Positions 38,921-50,924 of a DNA stretch of 64,000 bases are shown in pieces (within the stretch, counting starts at the first letter, position 1; each line of letters opens with the position of its first letter). The translations under genes were made by a program, and so were the position numbers. Location: assembly GCA_965645245.1 (NCBI GenBank), contig OZ287072.1, positions 930,001 through 994,000 on the forward strand, read 5' to 3'. Under the pieces are notes generated by a model. It had not been told where the DNA came from, did not search any database, and saw only the letters and a program-made list of their open reading frames with translations. Origin of the DNA: Massalongia carnosa (taxonomy: Eukaryota).

Positions 38921-39989
38921 AAAATCCTCACCGCTGGCAGAAAATAGGCAGCTAAGTTGCGCAGGTGGAATTCGGGGCAGAGAGGAGGCTGTCCTTATAT
39001 GGCATCGATTTTAACAACCAAAATGCAACAGCACGACTTTTACCCAAAGCCAGGTACTCACTAGAAAGCTCTCCCCGTACTTGAACAGGCTACCTAAGGT
39101 GAAGCGTCGAAAACGGGAACAAGAAAATAGTTTCAGTCACAATCTTTCCAAATTTAAGCGTGCGAGTCAAGAACAACTAGAAGATCTACCCAAGCAGCAA
39201 GCGGACACGATTTGGAGGCAACCCCTATCCACGAAAGGCTATGTTAACCAGCTAGTACATCATGGATATTCAGCTAGGATTTCCATTCTTGGTGAGAGTA
39301 TTCTCCGCCTACGCACACAACTTGGGGGAGGGTATTTTCACCGATCCGACGTTCTATTTATCCATTTAAACCCGCGCTTCCGGCATATCAAAGCCACCGT
39401 CACCTAGCGACTCAATCTAAGCCATTCAGTCTTCATTCAGCAAACCTCACTGCGTCAATGAAACAGACCACGCGCCATTCCAAACCCTGCGCTTAGGAGA
39501 CAACACTCGAAACCAAAAGCCCCGAAAAATCGCAATAGTTCAGCACTCCGCCATCCCTTCGGGCACATTCCCGTCCCGGAAGTTTTGTAGGGGTAGTTAG
39601 GTAGGTACCAATGTAAGTTTGGTGTAGTAATCCAGACTTGGATAAGCATGGCTACTGCATCTCAGCCCAATTGGTTGTTTATACTCTGTATGCCTACTTT
39701 CACGTAAATATACCCTCGCGTCCAACAACCCCTTCTCCCCCCTTCTCCCTTCATGAAATCCAAGCCTGCAGTTTCCCCCAATTCTCCGGCAAACCCCTCC
39801 AACAACTCAGATTAGTACATATACAAGAAGGAAACTCCACAAGTCCTAGGCTTTCCACCAAAACAATCAAGACAACCAGTCTCGAGCCCTCCCCCTCTAG
39901 GCCCATCTCTCCTCTGCTGCGCTGTTCATATCTTTGAGAAAGAAACTAGCCACATCACAAGTAGTCCCTACTTCCGTATGTATGTATTT

Positions 39990-41060
39990 GCTAACTCTCC
40001 CCGCCCATCCATCTCCTTTCCCATTTACCCTTTTCCCCGACCCCAACAGCTTACCTCATCGTCCAACCAACCCCCCCCCCCCCCCCCCCTTTTTTTTTTA
40101 CTATTGTAAACTGCAAAACCCTAATACCCTAACTCCCTATTCCCCCCTTTTTTTTTTCTCTTTCTGTCCTCTTCTTCCCTCCCTTCCCTTCATCGATCAT
40201 CAATCAACAAGAAGATATTTATTGTATGAACGAAACCCCTAAGCAAGCCAGCAAGCAAGCAGAGTGGGCATAACGCCTAGAATTTACAGAAAGAAGAAAG
40301 AAAGAACTAGAATAGATTCAAAACGATCGAATGAGTCAATGTGATTGTTCTAAGATGGATCGATCGATTGATAGATAAGACGAATTATATGGATTAGACT
40401 GCTCTTGCTTGGGTGATTGGGTTAATCCATCGATCGACTAGATTGGTGAAACGAATGAGTTAGCCAAACAGACAATAGATCAATCAATCAGTCACTCACT
40501 CACTCACTTAATCAACTCCCATACATAATTCACCTCTATACCTCAGATATAAGAGGATGTCCCCTCTGCTGAACTTACTTTAACTACCTCCCTCCCTCCC
40601 TCCCTCCCTGTCCTTCTGCCCTCCCACATACACCTACCCCCACAACAAAATTCCTCCGCACAGGTAGGTAGGTAGGTAGGTAGGTAGGCACTTCCCTAGA
40701 GATCACCGTGGGACTTCTGGTAAAGTAGGTAGGTTATGTAGGTAGGTGGTGGGGGAGTACTTAGGCAGGTAATGGCCAGCCAGCCAATCGTTCAATCACT
40801 CAATCAATGCAATATAGCCCCGCCAAGGGCATCCTGACCCTGGAAAGTATGTAAGTATGCACGCACGAAACCAAACCTCACCATAACTATTTTGAGTCGA
40901 TGTTATGGCTGGAACAGGAAAAAGGGAAAAAGAAAAAAAAAACATTGCAGGGAAAGGATTTGGTCATCTATTTATGTGTCTGAACCCTCTTTTTTTTTGC
41001 TTTTCTTTTTTTTTTTAAAAAAAGGTAGAAAAGGGGTGGGGAGGGGAGGAAAAGACCACC
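39990..41060. repeat. Low-complexity/microsatellite-rich intergenic tract
   Basis: Poly-C and poly-T runs, (CACT)n near 40492, (CTCC)n near 40590, (TAGG)n near 40662 and repeated ATCGAT/CAAT units. Confidence 0.75.
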
Positions 41061-41214
41061 GCTCGAGATGAGAAATGAAAATGAAAATGTACACTTTGAT
41101 TGGCCTGTTCTCTCGACGCCTTGAACTGCCAGCAAAAACCCCGACCCACGCCCAGCTAGGCCAAGGGCCAAAGAAGCCCACGCTTCCCTGCGTTCCTTCA
41201 CTACCTCATTTTTA

Positions 41215-42603
41215 TTACACATCAACCAGCAAATTCTCGCCGGCCTTCCCCCTTGCCACCTTGCCATTGCTGCCACATTTTTTCCCCTCTCTCGCCTTTC
41301 CACGTTCCTCGCCAACTGGGATGGCGTTGATCACAAACTTGGCTTCCCCTGGCGGCACGAAAAGGCGACGGTGCACCGGCACGGGAGTCTGCGGCTCCAC
41401 ATATGGTGAGGGTGCAGGACTGGAAATCGGGGGTGCAGGAGGAGGTGGGGCGGAGCGGGCGACGGGGACGAGAGGGCGAAAGGCGGGGGAGGGTAAAACG
41501 TAGGTGTTACGGGCTGGGGAGGTGAAGGGCGAGAGGCGAGGGTTGGTGTAAGGGGGGACAGGCGCATAGTGGAGCGTGGCGGTCGCAGGACGTGGTGGAG
41601 GCCGCTGCTCCATTGCCTTGTTGGCATTGCCAAAGACCTTGGGTCCCGGGGGTGCGTGGCCGATGTATGGTCCTGCTGCGTTCACGGCGGAGAACACGTG
41701 CGGGCCGGGGTGGGGGATTGGAGCGGGCCGTTGACCAAGAGGAACGGGTTTCGTGATGGGTTTGATGGGCTGCGGGGGCTGAGCGGGGCGTTGGGGCGGA
41801 CCTCGCCAAAGCTGATCGGCAGGTGCAGGACGGCCCACCCACCCATTTTTAGGGGCATCGGCATCACGGTACCACTTGGGAATGGTGCGGATACCGATTG
41901 CATTCAAGGTCAGCTCGTCGGGCATTTCGTGCCTGTAGAGACAGCCTTGCTGCGTGTAGTCGCATTCTCCCCAGCGGATCCAGTGCGTGCAGTAGACTTT
42001 CTTACCAAAGGTGCCGGGCGTGGCGGCGTCTTGGGTGCCGGAAGTAGGGACGGCGGTTGCATTTTCGTTGGCATCAATCACGGCGTCGATGGCGGCCTTG
42101 ATCGGGTGAGCGGATGAATTCGCAATGCATTCACCGATGGATTAGCTTACCTGAGTTTCATCAATGGTCTTTACGCTCTGGCGCCATTCTTCAACCCCTT
42201 TGGCTCCTGAATCAATTTTCTGCCTCTTGGCTCCACCATTTGGAGCTTCAAGCGGTTTCTCTAGCACACTTGGCTCGCTCTTGATAGTAACCGAATCTAG
42301 TGATAGCTTGCCAGAATGGGAATCAATGCAGCTGTCAGATGTTTCAACATTGTACTTGTACTGGCTACGGTCTTTAACACCCAGGCTCATCATGTTGACA
42401 GTTGCAGCTGGAGAGATGACGGCAGGAGCACCAATAATTCGGATGGACGCCGGCAGTTCATCAACCGCGATGAGTGGGGTGAGGGTTCCATCATTGCGGG
42501 AGATGAAGTAGCACGGACGAGGCGGATCCGAAGTTGTCCCCGAGACTGGTGTCGATTGAGAGGTAGGGGGAGTACGGACTGCTTGATCGCCGTGAAGATC
42601 CAT
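41215..42603 (-). CDS. CCCH (C3H1) zinc-finger protein with Pro-rich C-terminus
   Basis: YFISRNDGTLTPLIAVDELP in exon 1; KKVYCTHWIRWGECDYTQQGCLYRHEMP in exon 2. In-frame intron 42097-42150. Confidence 0.85.
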
Positions 42604-45600
42604 GACGAGCTTTAAGTAGGTAGATTCCAGGTACAATATATCTGGTGTGTAATGTTAGATAGTGATGAAAACGTATAGAAAAGAAAGACGTTGATAAGTC
42701 CTATCAGTCACGGAGAAAGGCAACAATGGCATTTTATAGATTCTTCCTGGGAGCTTACAGCTATTTATCACTGCCAATGAACCTTAGCAGCACTGGATGC
42801 TACCATCATGTCAGCGATCCCGTGCCATATGAAAATACCAAGTTTGATCCATACCTGTTCGAATTCGCAAGGGCGACTCGCAGTAGTGCTGCTTCTTTAT
42901 ATTTGGGATTTATGATTGATGTCTTTTAGAGTAGATGAAAAGTAGCGTACATGTTGGTGTCGGTAACTTGCGGCGGGAGTAAAGAGGATGGAAAGGAAAG
43001 AATGTGTCGCTGCATGGAAGGTTTTAAGTACTTGGCGATGAGCCAATTCACTTGATTGATGGGAGAGGAAGAGGCCTTCACGGAAAATTCCTCCAACATA
43101 GAACCGATCCATGAAGCTGTCGTGAAGCGTCCGATCAAAGTGATAAGAAAACCGAATGTTGAAAGGCAATGGCCGATACACATAAGGTAGCAACACTTTC
43201 AGCCCAAGGAGTCGCCAAACATCCTGCGGTTTGACACAATTGACCACCCGCAATGGAAAGAACATCATCGATTCCGAATCAATGAGCTGGCTTGTGGGTA
43301 AGGAGGGACTAGCTCTGCGCGACGGCAGGCTGCAGCTATCAAGGAACTTCGCCTTGTTGAATGCCCTAGCGGCCTGTATTGATCCATCATGTTTGCATGG
43401 CTTCGGCCAAACATTGAACATTGAGCGGACGCGACTGAGTATATTTATATAATCAAAAAGCTATTGCGAACTGCTCATGCAGGAGTGGAACGAATTTACC
43501 GTTTGGTGAGAATAACTTCCAACTCTCCTATCACTCATCTATAAAGGAATAGTTGACGAAACCATATGAAGCTCCTGTCTTCTCGAGTCTATTGGAGTCG
43601 ATCTACTCCGATGGGGACATCTGTCCAGTCATTTGGTCTAGCTGTCGAATATTTACTTGTATTTTTACGGCCCTTGGGAGCTCTCCATGGAAGTGTCGCT
43701 ATATTTTATAAATATGTTTCCTTTTTGGAGCAACGAGCTCGCGTAGTATGAGACGTCCTGCCCACAAATCTTTCCGGAAGCATCTAAGTCCAATTTTGGG
43801 GTAAAGAACGACACTGGAATTCCATATCAGTTCAACATTCGTGCCAATTACATCTCCTTTCTCCAGGTTCAGATCTAATATAGGGTGCACTCTCGGTCGG
43901 GAAGCTTCTCTCGGGTTTCCTACCGCCGTCGTCAACAAAATTATGTAAATTTACGGGACGATCTGAGACAGAAGTTCGAAAGGTTCGATTGATTTTCCAT
44001 CTGAAACCCTTCGAGAACGAGGATTGAACAATGCTGCATGTTAGCGTAGCCTGTGAGACATCCATGCTTTCATGTAACGCTCCTAGAAGATCCGTAAGTG
44101 GGAATATCGGTGAAGAGAGCAAAATTTCTTCCGCGTTCAATTCGATAAGGCTCTCATTGAGCGGCCAAGAAAAGCGAGGATGGTATCTTGCTTTTCGAAC
44201 TCCGAGAAGAGATTGCGGTCATCGAGCCCGTCAGCGAATATTGAACGTTCCCAAATCTTGGATCCGCTGTCACGCTATAAGACCTTCTCGTCAGCTTAAA
44301 GACACCACATCAAATGCCATTGGCGGATTAGTCAAGTTAGAATACCTTAGCAGACGTCGGTTTGAGTCTCGCAACCTGTAACCTTACCTGTTACATTTTC
44401 TCCCTTAAGACGCTCAAGGTGAAGATAACAAACTCTCACCATGAGGGAGCTAATCACACGTACCGATAGACTCCTGATGGCGTGTGAGCCAGAGGTGAAG
44501 CCGGCTTAACAGAAAGAGCAGAGAAACCAAAGTGAGGATCCCATCGTAAATCCAAACAAACTTCAAAAGTCTTCTGGACATTCCTCTAAGCGAAAGGAAA
44601 CCAAACTTCCCATCATCCAAAATCTTCTCAGGATATGAAAACGAAGATTCGATCAGCCGTCAGTCCTTGTGTTAGAATGGTTGGTTCACTCGCTCAACAG
44701 AGCGTGGCAACGGACTCGGTCGAGGTTGAAAGCGAGCGGGGCTTGTCTTTCTTTCCCGCAAGTTGGTTTATGTGCACCGGAATTGACGAAGAGTTACAAA
44801 CAGTGAACCTGCTTGCGATGTAGTGCTGGGTGAATTCTTCATCGTAGAATTTTATCGAAAGCTTTATAGATAAAGAATTTTGAGAAGATATTTTCGCATT
44901 CGCGAGGGGGGAATCATAGACAGCGAAACAAAACATCTCCCTTTCGACATGGTAGTTTACTCGCCATATGGCATCATAAGCACGTCTGACTAGTTAGTTA
45001 CACTTATCTGTACAAGTACTCTGTAACTACCAGGCCCCAATTCTACCATCAACCCCCCTTCTATTTCTCGCAAGCCTAAAAAAAAACCCCCCTATCTCTC
45101 TATCAAGCAACAACACCCGCCATAGCTATTTCAAAATGAACGAAACTCCCATAGGGAGATGTAACTATTTCGACTCCGCACCGGTCGGGCACCGACACCT
45201 CGTTTCTACGGGCTTCTCACAGAGGCGAGTGGTGGCCCAGGGATGATGGTGGTGGGGTGGGTAGTCAGGGGGAAATGGTAGCGTGCAAGGTCAAATGTAA
45301 TTACATAAAATGAATCCAAATGGGTATGGCAGCCATTGGTGACAGCGAAAGGGGGATTAAGGATGGGTAGAACTGCTACACATTACAACTCACCGATAAG
45401 ACTCTTCGCTGGCAGAAAGCAGTCGAGATGCCAGACATGTCCCGTACAACAAATAAACTTCACTAGGAATGGCCTTGATTGTGAAATAAACACGGGCGCA
45501 GCTCTCCCATCGCTGGGTACCGACCCATGGTAAACCGAAATATATACACCCACGCATCAAATATTCTCCTGCAAAAGCGTTCTTTACAGCCTCTTTACAG

Positions 45601-45605
45601 CCTCT

Positions 45606-47874
45606 TTACAACTTACTTGTGCAGCATACGTCCCCATCAGCGCCGATCTCAGCCTCTATAGCAAGTTGGCAATGCTGTTCCGTTAGCAAGGTCGAGCGAT
45701 TGAAATGCTGATCCGACGGCGGTACGTCTAGGGCAGGGTTCTTATCGAAGAAATTGGCCGGCTTGAACATCACTTTGATGATCTCGCAGGGCATGACGGG
45801 AAAGTCCTCAACCCGGGTAGCGTGCTGCAAGCCAAATTGTACAAATAAAACGAGATCTGTATCTTGAATATTGTCTCGGCGGTTCGCCCACGCCCGCACC
45901 CCGGCGCCGCCACGAGACTGGTTTGTATATTTACCGCCGGCGTAGAGTTCGCCATCGCGGTACTTTGTGACGTAGATGTTGTGGTCGGCAAACTCAGCGC
46001 GTTTGTGGTGGAAGCTTTCCGGGTCTGCAACAATTTTCTGGAACGGAGGGGCATAGATTTTGTAGCCAACCGGTTTGCCATTGATAGGATTTCGGACTGA
46101 GGTGTTTTGAATCTTGTACGTCCGGTTTGTGTCGTAGTTGGTGTCCAGCCCACTGGACCTTTGCACTACAGTTTCTTGTATAGTGTAGCCAACCCCAGCT
46201 GGATTGAATTCCGAACGGGGCATCGGATGAGCTTCCTCATAGACAAGAGTATTGTTATGACCATCGATAGCTGGATCAACCCGGAGGGAGAAGATGTGCT
46301 GATGATGAGACGCTAACACACCGGGATGCACAACAGTCCCCCATGGAACCTGGATCCCTTCGTCGATTGGCTGAGTGCTAAGAATGCCAGTCGCCCTAAC
46401 CTCGTACGTGATCTCACCAGCTTGATTGAAAATAAAAGCCATCACGTACTCGTAATTGGCAACGGTGATGATGGTTTGGATGACAAGCTCCCGACTTCGA
46501 ACAACAGCAGCTCTACCCGTCCGGTAATTAGTATGTTTCCAGCCAATACCGGCATCTTGCTCGTGGATGCAGACAACGTTTTCCGTCAGCAGTGGTTTGC
46601 CCTGATCGTTTGATAGAATAGCATTGAGATAGTAAATGGAGCCAAGACAATCACAGCCGAGCTTCAGGTTGTTTGCTAGCATCCCGGCCCCAGCATCACC
46701 AAGATCAAAAGCTGCCTTCCTATTGCATGGCGGCCGCGGATCGGCGTATGGGATATTCATGTCAGAGAGAGAAAGACGATAAAAAAGGCTTCTGCCGTCA
46801 TATCGAACCTACCAATATGAGCAAGTTCGTATAAAGATAAAAAACAGCACACTCACATCGTAAAGCACCATTCCCTCACGCTGATTGAATCCAACCCGAA
46901 ATGACCATTTTTGCCATTTGACCGCGTGGCCCGTTTTGCCGGACGGAATGACGTCGAAACTTGCACCTTCGGGTTGAATGACATTCAAGGGCTTCAAATC
47001 TGTTCTTAGTTCTTGATACTCTGGAACATACTCATTTGGTTCCTGTATCTTCAGCGGCTGCGTCTCTTTGGAACCAAGACCTGTGCCTGTCGCTACAAAA
47101 TCAATGCGTATCACCCGTAACTCTACAGTATCAACTACCGGGGAGATGGCTAGAGGAAAGGCGTAATAATTAGAATCGAGGTTCGACGGGTTTGAAGGAT
47201 CTCGCAGGTACAGAAAGCACTGATACATGCGCCTGTCATCGTTAATGCCATCGGATCCTAAAGAATCTTAGTAGATAGCTCGAAGGAAAATGGATTGTCA
47301 CAAGGGAAGTCACCGTAAATCCAGGGGTCACTCAATACTGTTGCGCCTTTCGGCAACTGGAGCTTTGCGATTTCAGCTTTCACGCCTTCATCTTCCAGAG
47401 CAATTTTTTCAATGACAAGAACTTCCTCTATATCTGCTGGGGCATGAACGTTCGGGCCTAGCCGGACGTTACTTTCCACTTGCTGCTTAGTAAGATTCAC
47501 AATAGCTTCATGAAGTTTGTCCTATATTCGAGTTTCTTAGCAACTGTTCCACCCAATGTCTGCTTCGGTAATTCTTCCGGGGAAGGAAAGCTCACAGTGT
47601 TGCGGATGTAGTAGCAAACAAATGCCTTTCTATCGAGAGATAGTAATTTCATTCCTTGATGCTCAGCATCAAGATAGGGCACCAACAGAACCTTTTCTGG
47701 CTCCTCAAGGGTTACAGCTTTGAAGTGAAGGTCGATTTTGGGTAGGTAGAGAGCTCTGATCAACTCCGAGGCCTTAATGATTTCCAACGCTGTCAATGGT
47801 GATAACGGATGGCTCGCCATTGTCTTGGAGGCGCCCTCCGATGAGGACGAGGTGGGTGCTCGATCAGTTGCCAT
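45606..47874 (-). CDS. Copper amine oxidase, peroxisomal (C-terminal SKL)
   Basis: HPLSPLT, REGMVLYDV, YRLSLSDMNIPYADP, LGCDCLG, TPQ consensus TVANYEY, Cu ligands HQH, EDFPVMP. Ends TSKL*. Three introns. Confidence 0.95.
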
Positions 47875-48851
47875 AAATAGGTATTCAGATCGGGAGAGGA
47901 CTCAAAACCACGCAAATGCCAATTGCACGACGCAGCGAAGAAGACAGTATGAGCTACATTTATTTTTCGAGGTAAGAAGACTTTGACGTAAAGAGAGAAA
48001 GCGTGATGGTTGAAGGTTTGATATAGACACGGGTAGTTACAACATGATTATGGGGTCAATTAGGGACAAGTTTGCCATGTCCATCCAAAGTGATCCATAC
48101 AGCGTGCATGTAATTACCTGTAAAGAAAGTACTCCTGTACCACGAGGAGATTCATTTGGTGATGACATTGACACTGTTCGATCTATTTTATTTCTGCAGA
48201 AAGCCCGCGCCCCGCAAGCACAGCGGGTGGAGTTACCGTTTCCAGCTCATGGCTTGGTGCCTACCCGGGGCCCAGATAGGACGAGACTTTGCAAACCGGG
48301 CAACGGATCCACCGGTTAGTCAGAGGCGATGGATCCATCGACGACCATCGACTGACGAACATCGTGCCCCAAGCTTGGCGTAGGCCTATTCTGGAAGTTC
48401 CTGGGCGTGTGACGAACCGATGATTAGGATGGATCGGGGAAGTGCCCTCTGTACTCTGAGCTTGGTACGGAATACAGAGAATTCCGTACAGAGTCATGTT
48501 AGCAAACAGAAAGGTGTAATGCTATCCCTGGCACGATGTATGAGGTCAGGAGAAGTATCTGAAGAAAGTGGGGTTTTGGTGGGTCTTGACTGCGATCCGA
48601 TGCCAGTAAGGTGGCACGCTGAGTCGTTTGGGGCATGTCCTGCCGTTGGTAGCGCATTTGATGTTTCACATGTTACGATGTTACGAACCACGTATCAACT
48701 TGTATCGTTGAAGACCCGTTACTAAGGGGAGAGAGGGATACCATACCTGTGTTTGAGTGGCTAAGATCAACTCATCCTTGTATCGCGCAAACTCAATCGA
48801 CGTTACACACAAGATATGCCATGTCTTATCGGTAGTGGTGCGGTATCCTGG

Positions 48852-49276
48852 CACGAGGGTGAAAAAAAAAAACCGGAACACCAAATTTCTTTATACAATC
48901 ACACAAACATGACTACACAACGTTTAAACACACCGATTTTGGAGTCGCATGAAACACTACTTCAACTGTGCATCTTCTCCTGATTTGTCTCCTATCGAGA
49001 ACTGCTGGCAGCTACCGAAACAGCATATTCGTAAATATCCTCATTGGGACGATGTTACTACTAAGGGGTTGATTTTCGAAGGCTGGAATCACGTTTCACA
49101 GATATATATCAACGAAAAGATGATTGAAATGCCTGATCGTCTTCGAGTAGTGATAGCAGGTGAAGGAAAAATGACAGATTATTAATGAGGTTCAATCGCA
49201 TGTATAATGAATTAAATCATCTTTGTATAATTAGTAGTAAATTTGATGAGGGAATGCGGGTACGATTTTGGTGTCC
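48852..49276 (+). mobile_element. Internally deleted remnant of a Tc1-like element related to 53819-55145
   Basis: 48949-49185 encodes HYFNCASSPDLSPIENCWQLPKQHIRKYPHWDD...GKMTDY, homologous to the C-terminus of the intact transposase. Begins with TIR-like CACGAGGGTGA; only a partial right-end match (TTTGGTGTCC). Confidence 0.8.
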
Positions 49277-49566
49277 TTAGGTCCTGAGTCTATGTACCTT
49301 CGCAAAACATGCATCCAAAAGATAAAAGTAAAAGTACATATCTAGGAATTAGGCCAAAACATCTTTACAATCCTCCATATAAAGAGGAAAGTAGCAAGTT
49401 CAGCTTATCGAGACACCATCCCTCCACCGTATTTTCCCTTATAAACGTACGACAATCATATACCATGGCACACCATTTGCAATGCATGCTGGCGTCAATA
49501 TACCGTGTAGAAAGACTTAGCCATCTCCCTTTCCCGCTTCCATCGTCCAATTGACTGGACCTGCTC

Positions 49567-50256
49567 CTATGCAGGCCCATGCCGGGTCTTATCGTGGATG
49601 GCAATCCAAACAGGCTTATGGGTTGTCCCCCTGGACTCGTCCCAGCAAATTTCCTGGAGCGTCTTCTTCGACTTGTCCGCACTCAGAATGTAGGTAATGC
49701 CCTTCGCCCAATAGCCGTTGCCTTGTTCGATACACTCTACTATTCCAAACCGGTCATTATCGTCCTTTGGTACACCTAGCCGGCGAATGAGGTCCGCGAC
49801 GGTCATCAAGGTAGGGACTTTTAGAGCTGCAAATTTAAGAATACTTCCTTGCCCCCCATCAAAGGGACGGGTACCATCGTGAAGAAAATGTATGATTGTG
49901 TTATTCTCGGTGAAAATATAGGCTTTTCCGTCTTGGACAAATGTTGCTCCATCCATCATGATTCCAGGGATTTCATAAGTTTCTGACGGTTGCGCTGGTG
50001 GAGGCGCTGGTGAAGGCGGAGGTGGAGGCGATGCGGAAGCAGAAGCAGCCACCGGGACAAAAAAGGCTAGGGATGGTAGAGGCTGAATAGTCAGCGTAGC
50101 TGGAGGGGGAGCTGGAGCGACCACGACAAGGGGTTGATAAGGAGGCGGTGCGGGAGGGTCCGGGGTGGCTACCTGCCCGAAGAAGGCAGTTCCTGGCGGA
50201 ACTCCTCCGTTAGGGGGCTGCCCATTGAGAGTGACGTAGTACTTTCTGGACGCCAT
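49567..50256 (-). CDS. Hypothetical protein, Pro-rich N-terminus with globular C-terminal domain
   Basis: 230-aa single-exon ORF. C-terminal MTVADLIRRLG...ECIEQGNGYWAKG...W..SRG...PVWI resembles a conserved fungal domain that I cannot name. Confidence 0.7.
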   Translation of the reverse strand: MASRKYYVTLNGQPPNGGVPPGTAFFGQVATPDPPAPPPYQPLVVVAPAPPPATLTIQPLPSLAFFVPVAASASASPPPPPSPAPPPAQPSETYEIPGIMMDGATFVQDGKAYIFTENNTIIHFLHDGTRPFDGGQGSILKFAALKVPTLMTVADLIRRLGVPKDDNDRFGIVECIEQGNGYWAKGITYILSADKSKKTLQEICWDESRGTTHKPVWIAIHDKTRHGPA

Positions 50257-50924
50257 CAAGTCCGAATGTTAATGCAAGGGAAGTAGCTTAACCGTAACAA
50301 CAGGTAGCTAGGGAGAGCCAAATCGATGAACGTAAAAATGGGCAGGATATGAGCAGTATGTGGAATACTGGAGCAAGAGAGCGCAACAAGAATGGTAGTT
50401 TGCGTTCAATAGATTTGCACGTAGAAGACTTGTTGATAGATGATGAATTATTGTACAGAGAGGATGTTGAGAGAAATCAGAGGCTGGAGGCTGATTATAT
50501 AGGCAATTATGTGATACCCAGTACAGGAGTCAAGAAAGTATCCGCCTATTACCATGAACTGTGTTCCTGGGTGAATTGTTGAAAGCTGCAATAGGTTTTG
50601 TAGTCACCAATTTGGAATTCCTGGGTTCTGGAAGAAGTTTTGTCTTGCCATCCCTCGTTTCAGCCAGAGAAGTGAATGTTTCTCCACTAGCGTGAGAGAT
50701 CCTTAGATGAAGGCACAACCTGGAAAACTCCATCAAAGAAAAAACACTCACACATGGAGAATGATCCAGACTTCTCATAAGTCATTACGCTGAGATTTCG
50801 AAGCCATGAGGCAGATTCATCCTAGAATCGCCACATTCATCGATCGCCTCAAATTTTTGATAACACTCAAGACATCAACGCTCGATTGACCCTACAAAAG
50901 CTCCACACTTAGTCAATTTGAGCT

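Noticed and set aside
40114..40140. CCCTAA units (AAAACCCTAATACCCTAAC) as telomere repeat or telomerase RNA template
   Set aside because: Only two interrupted units inside a low-complexity C/T tract; no TAACCCTAA template or other recognisable telomerase RNA elements.
42662..42760. GTGATGA as a C/D snoRNA C box
   Set aside because: No CTGA D box or terminal stem at a suitable distance, and it is on the strand opposite the host transcript.
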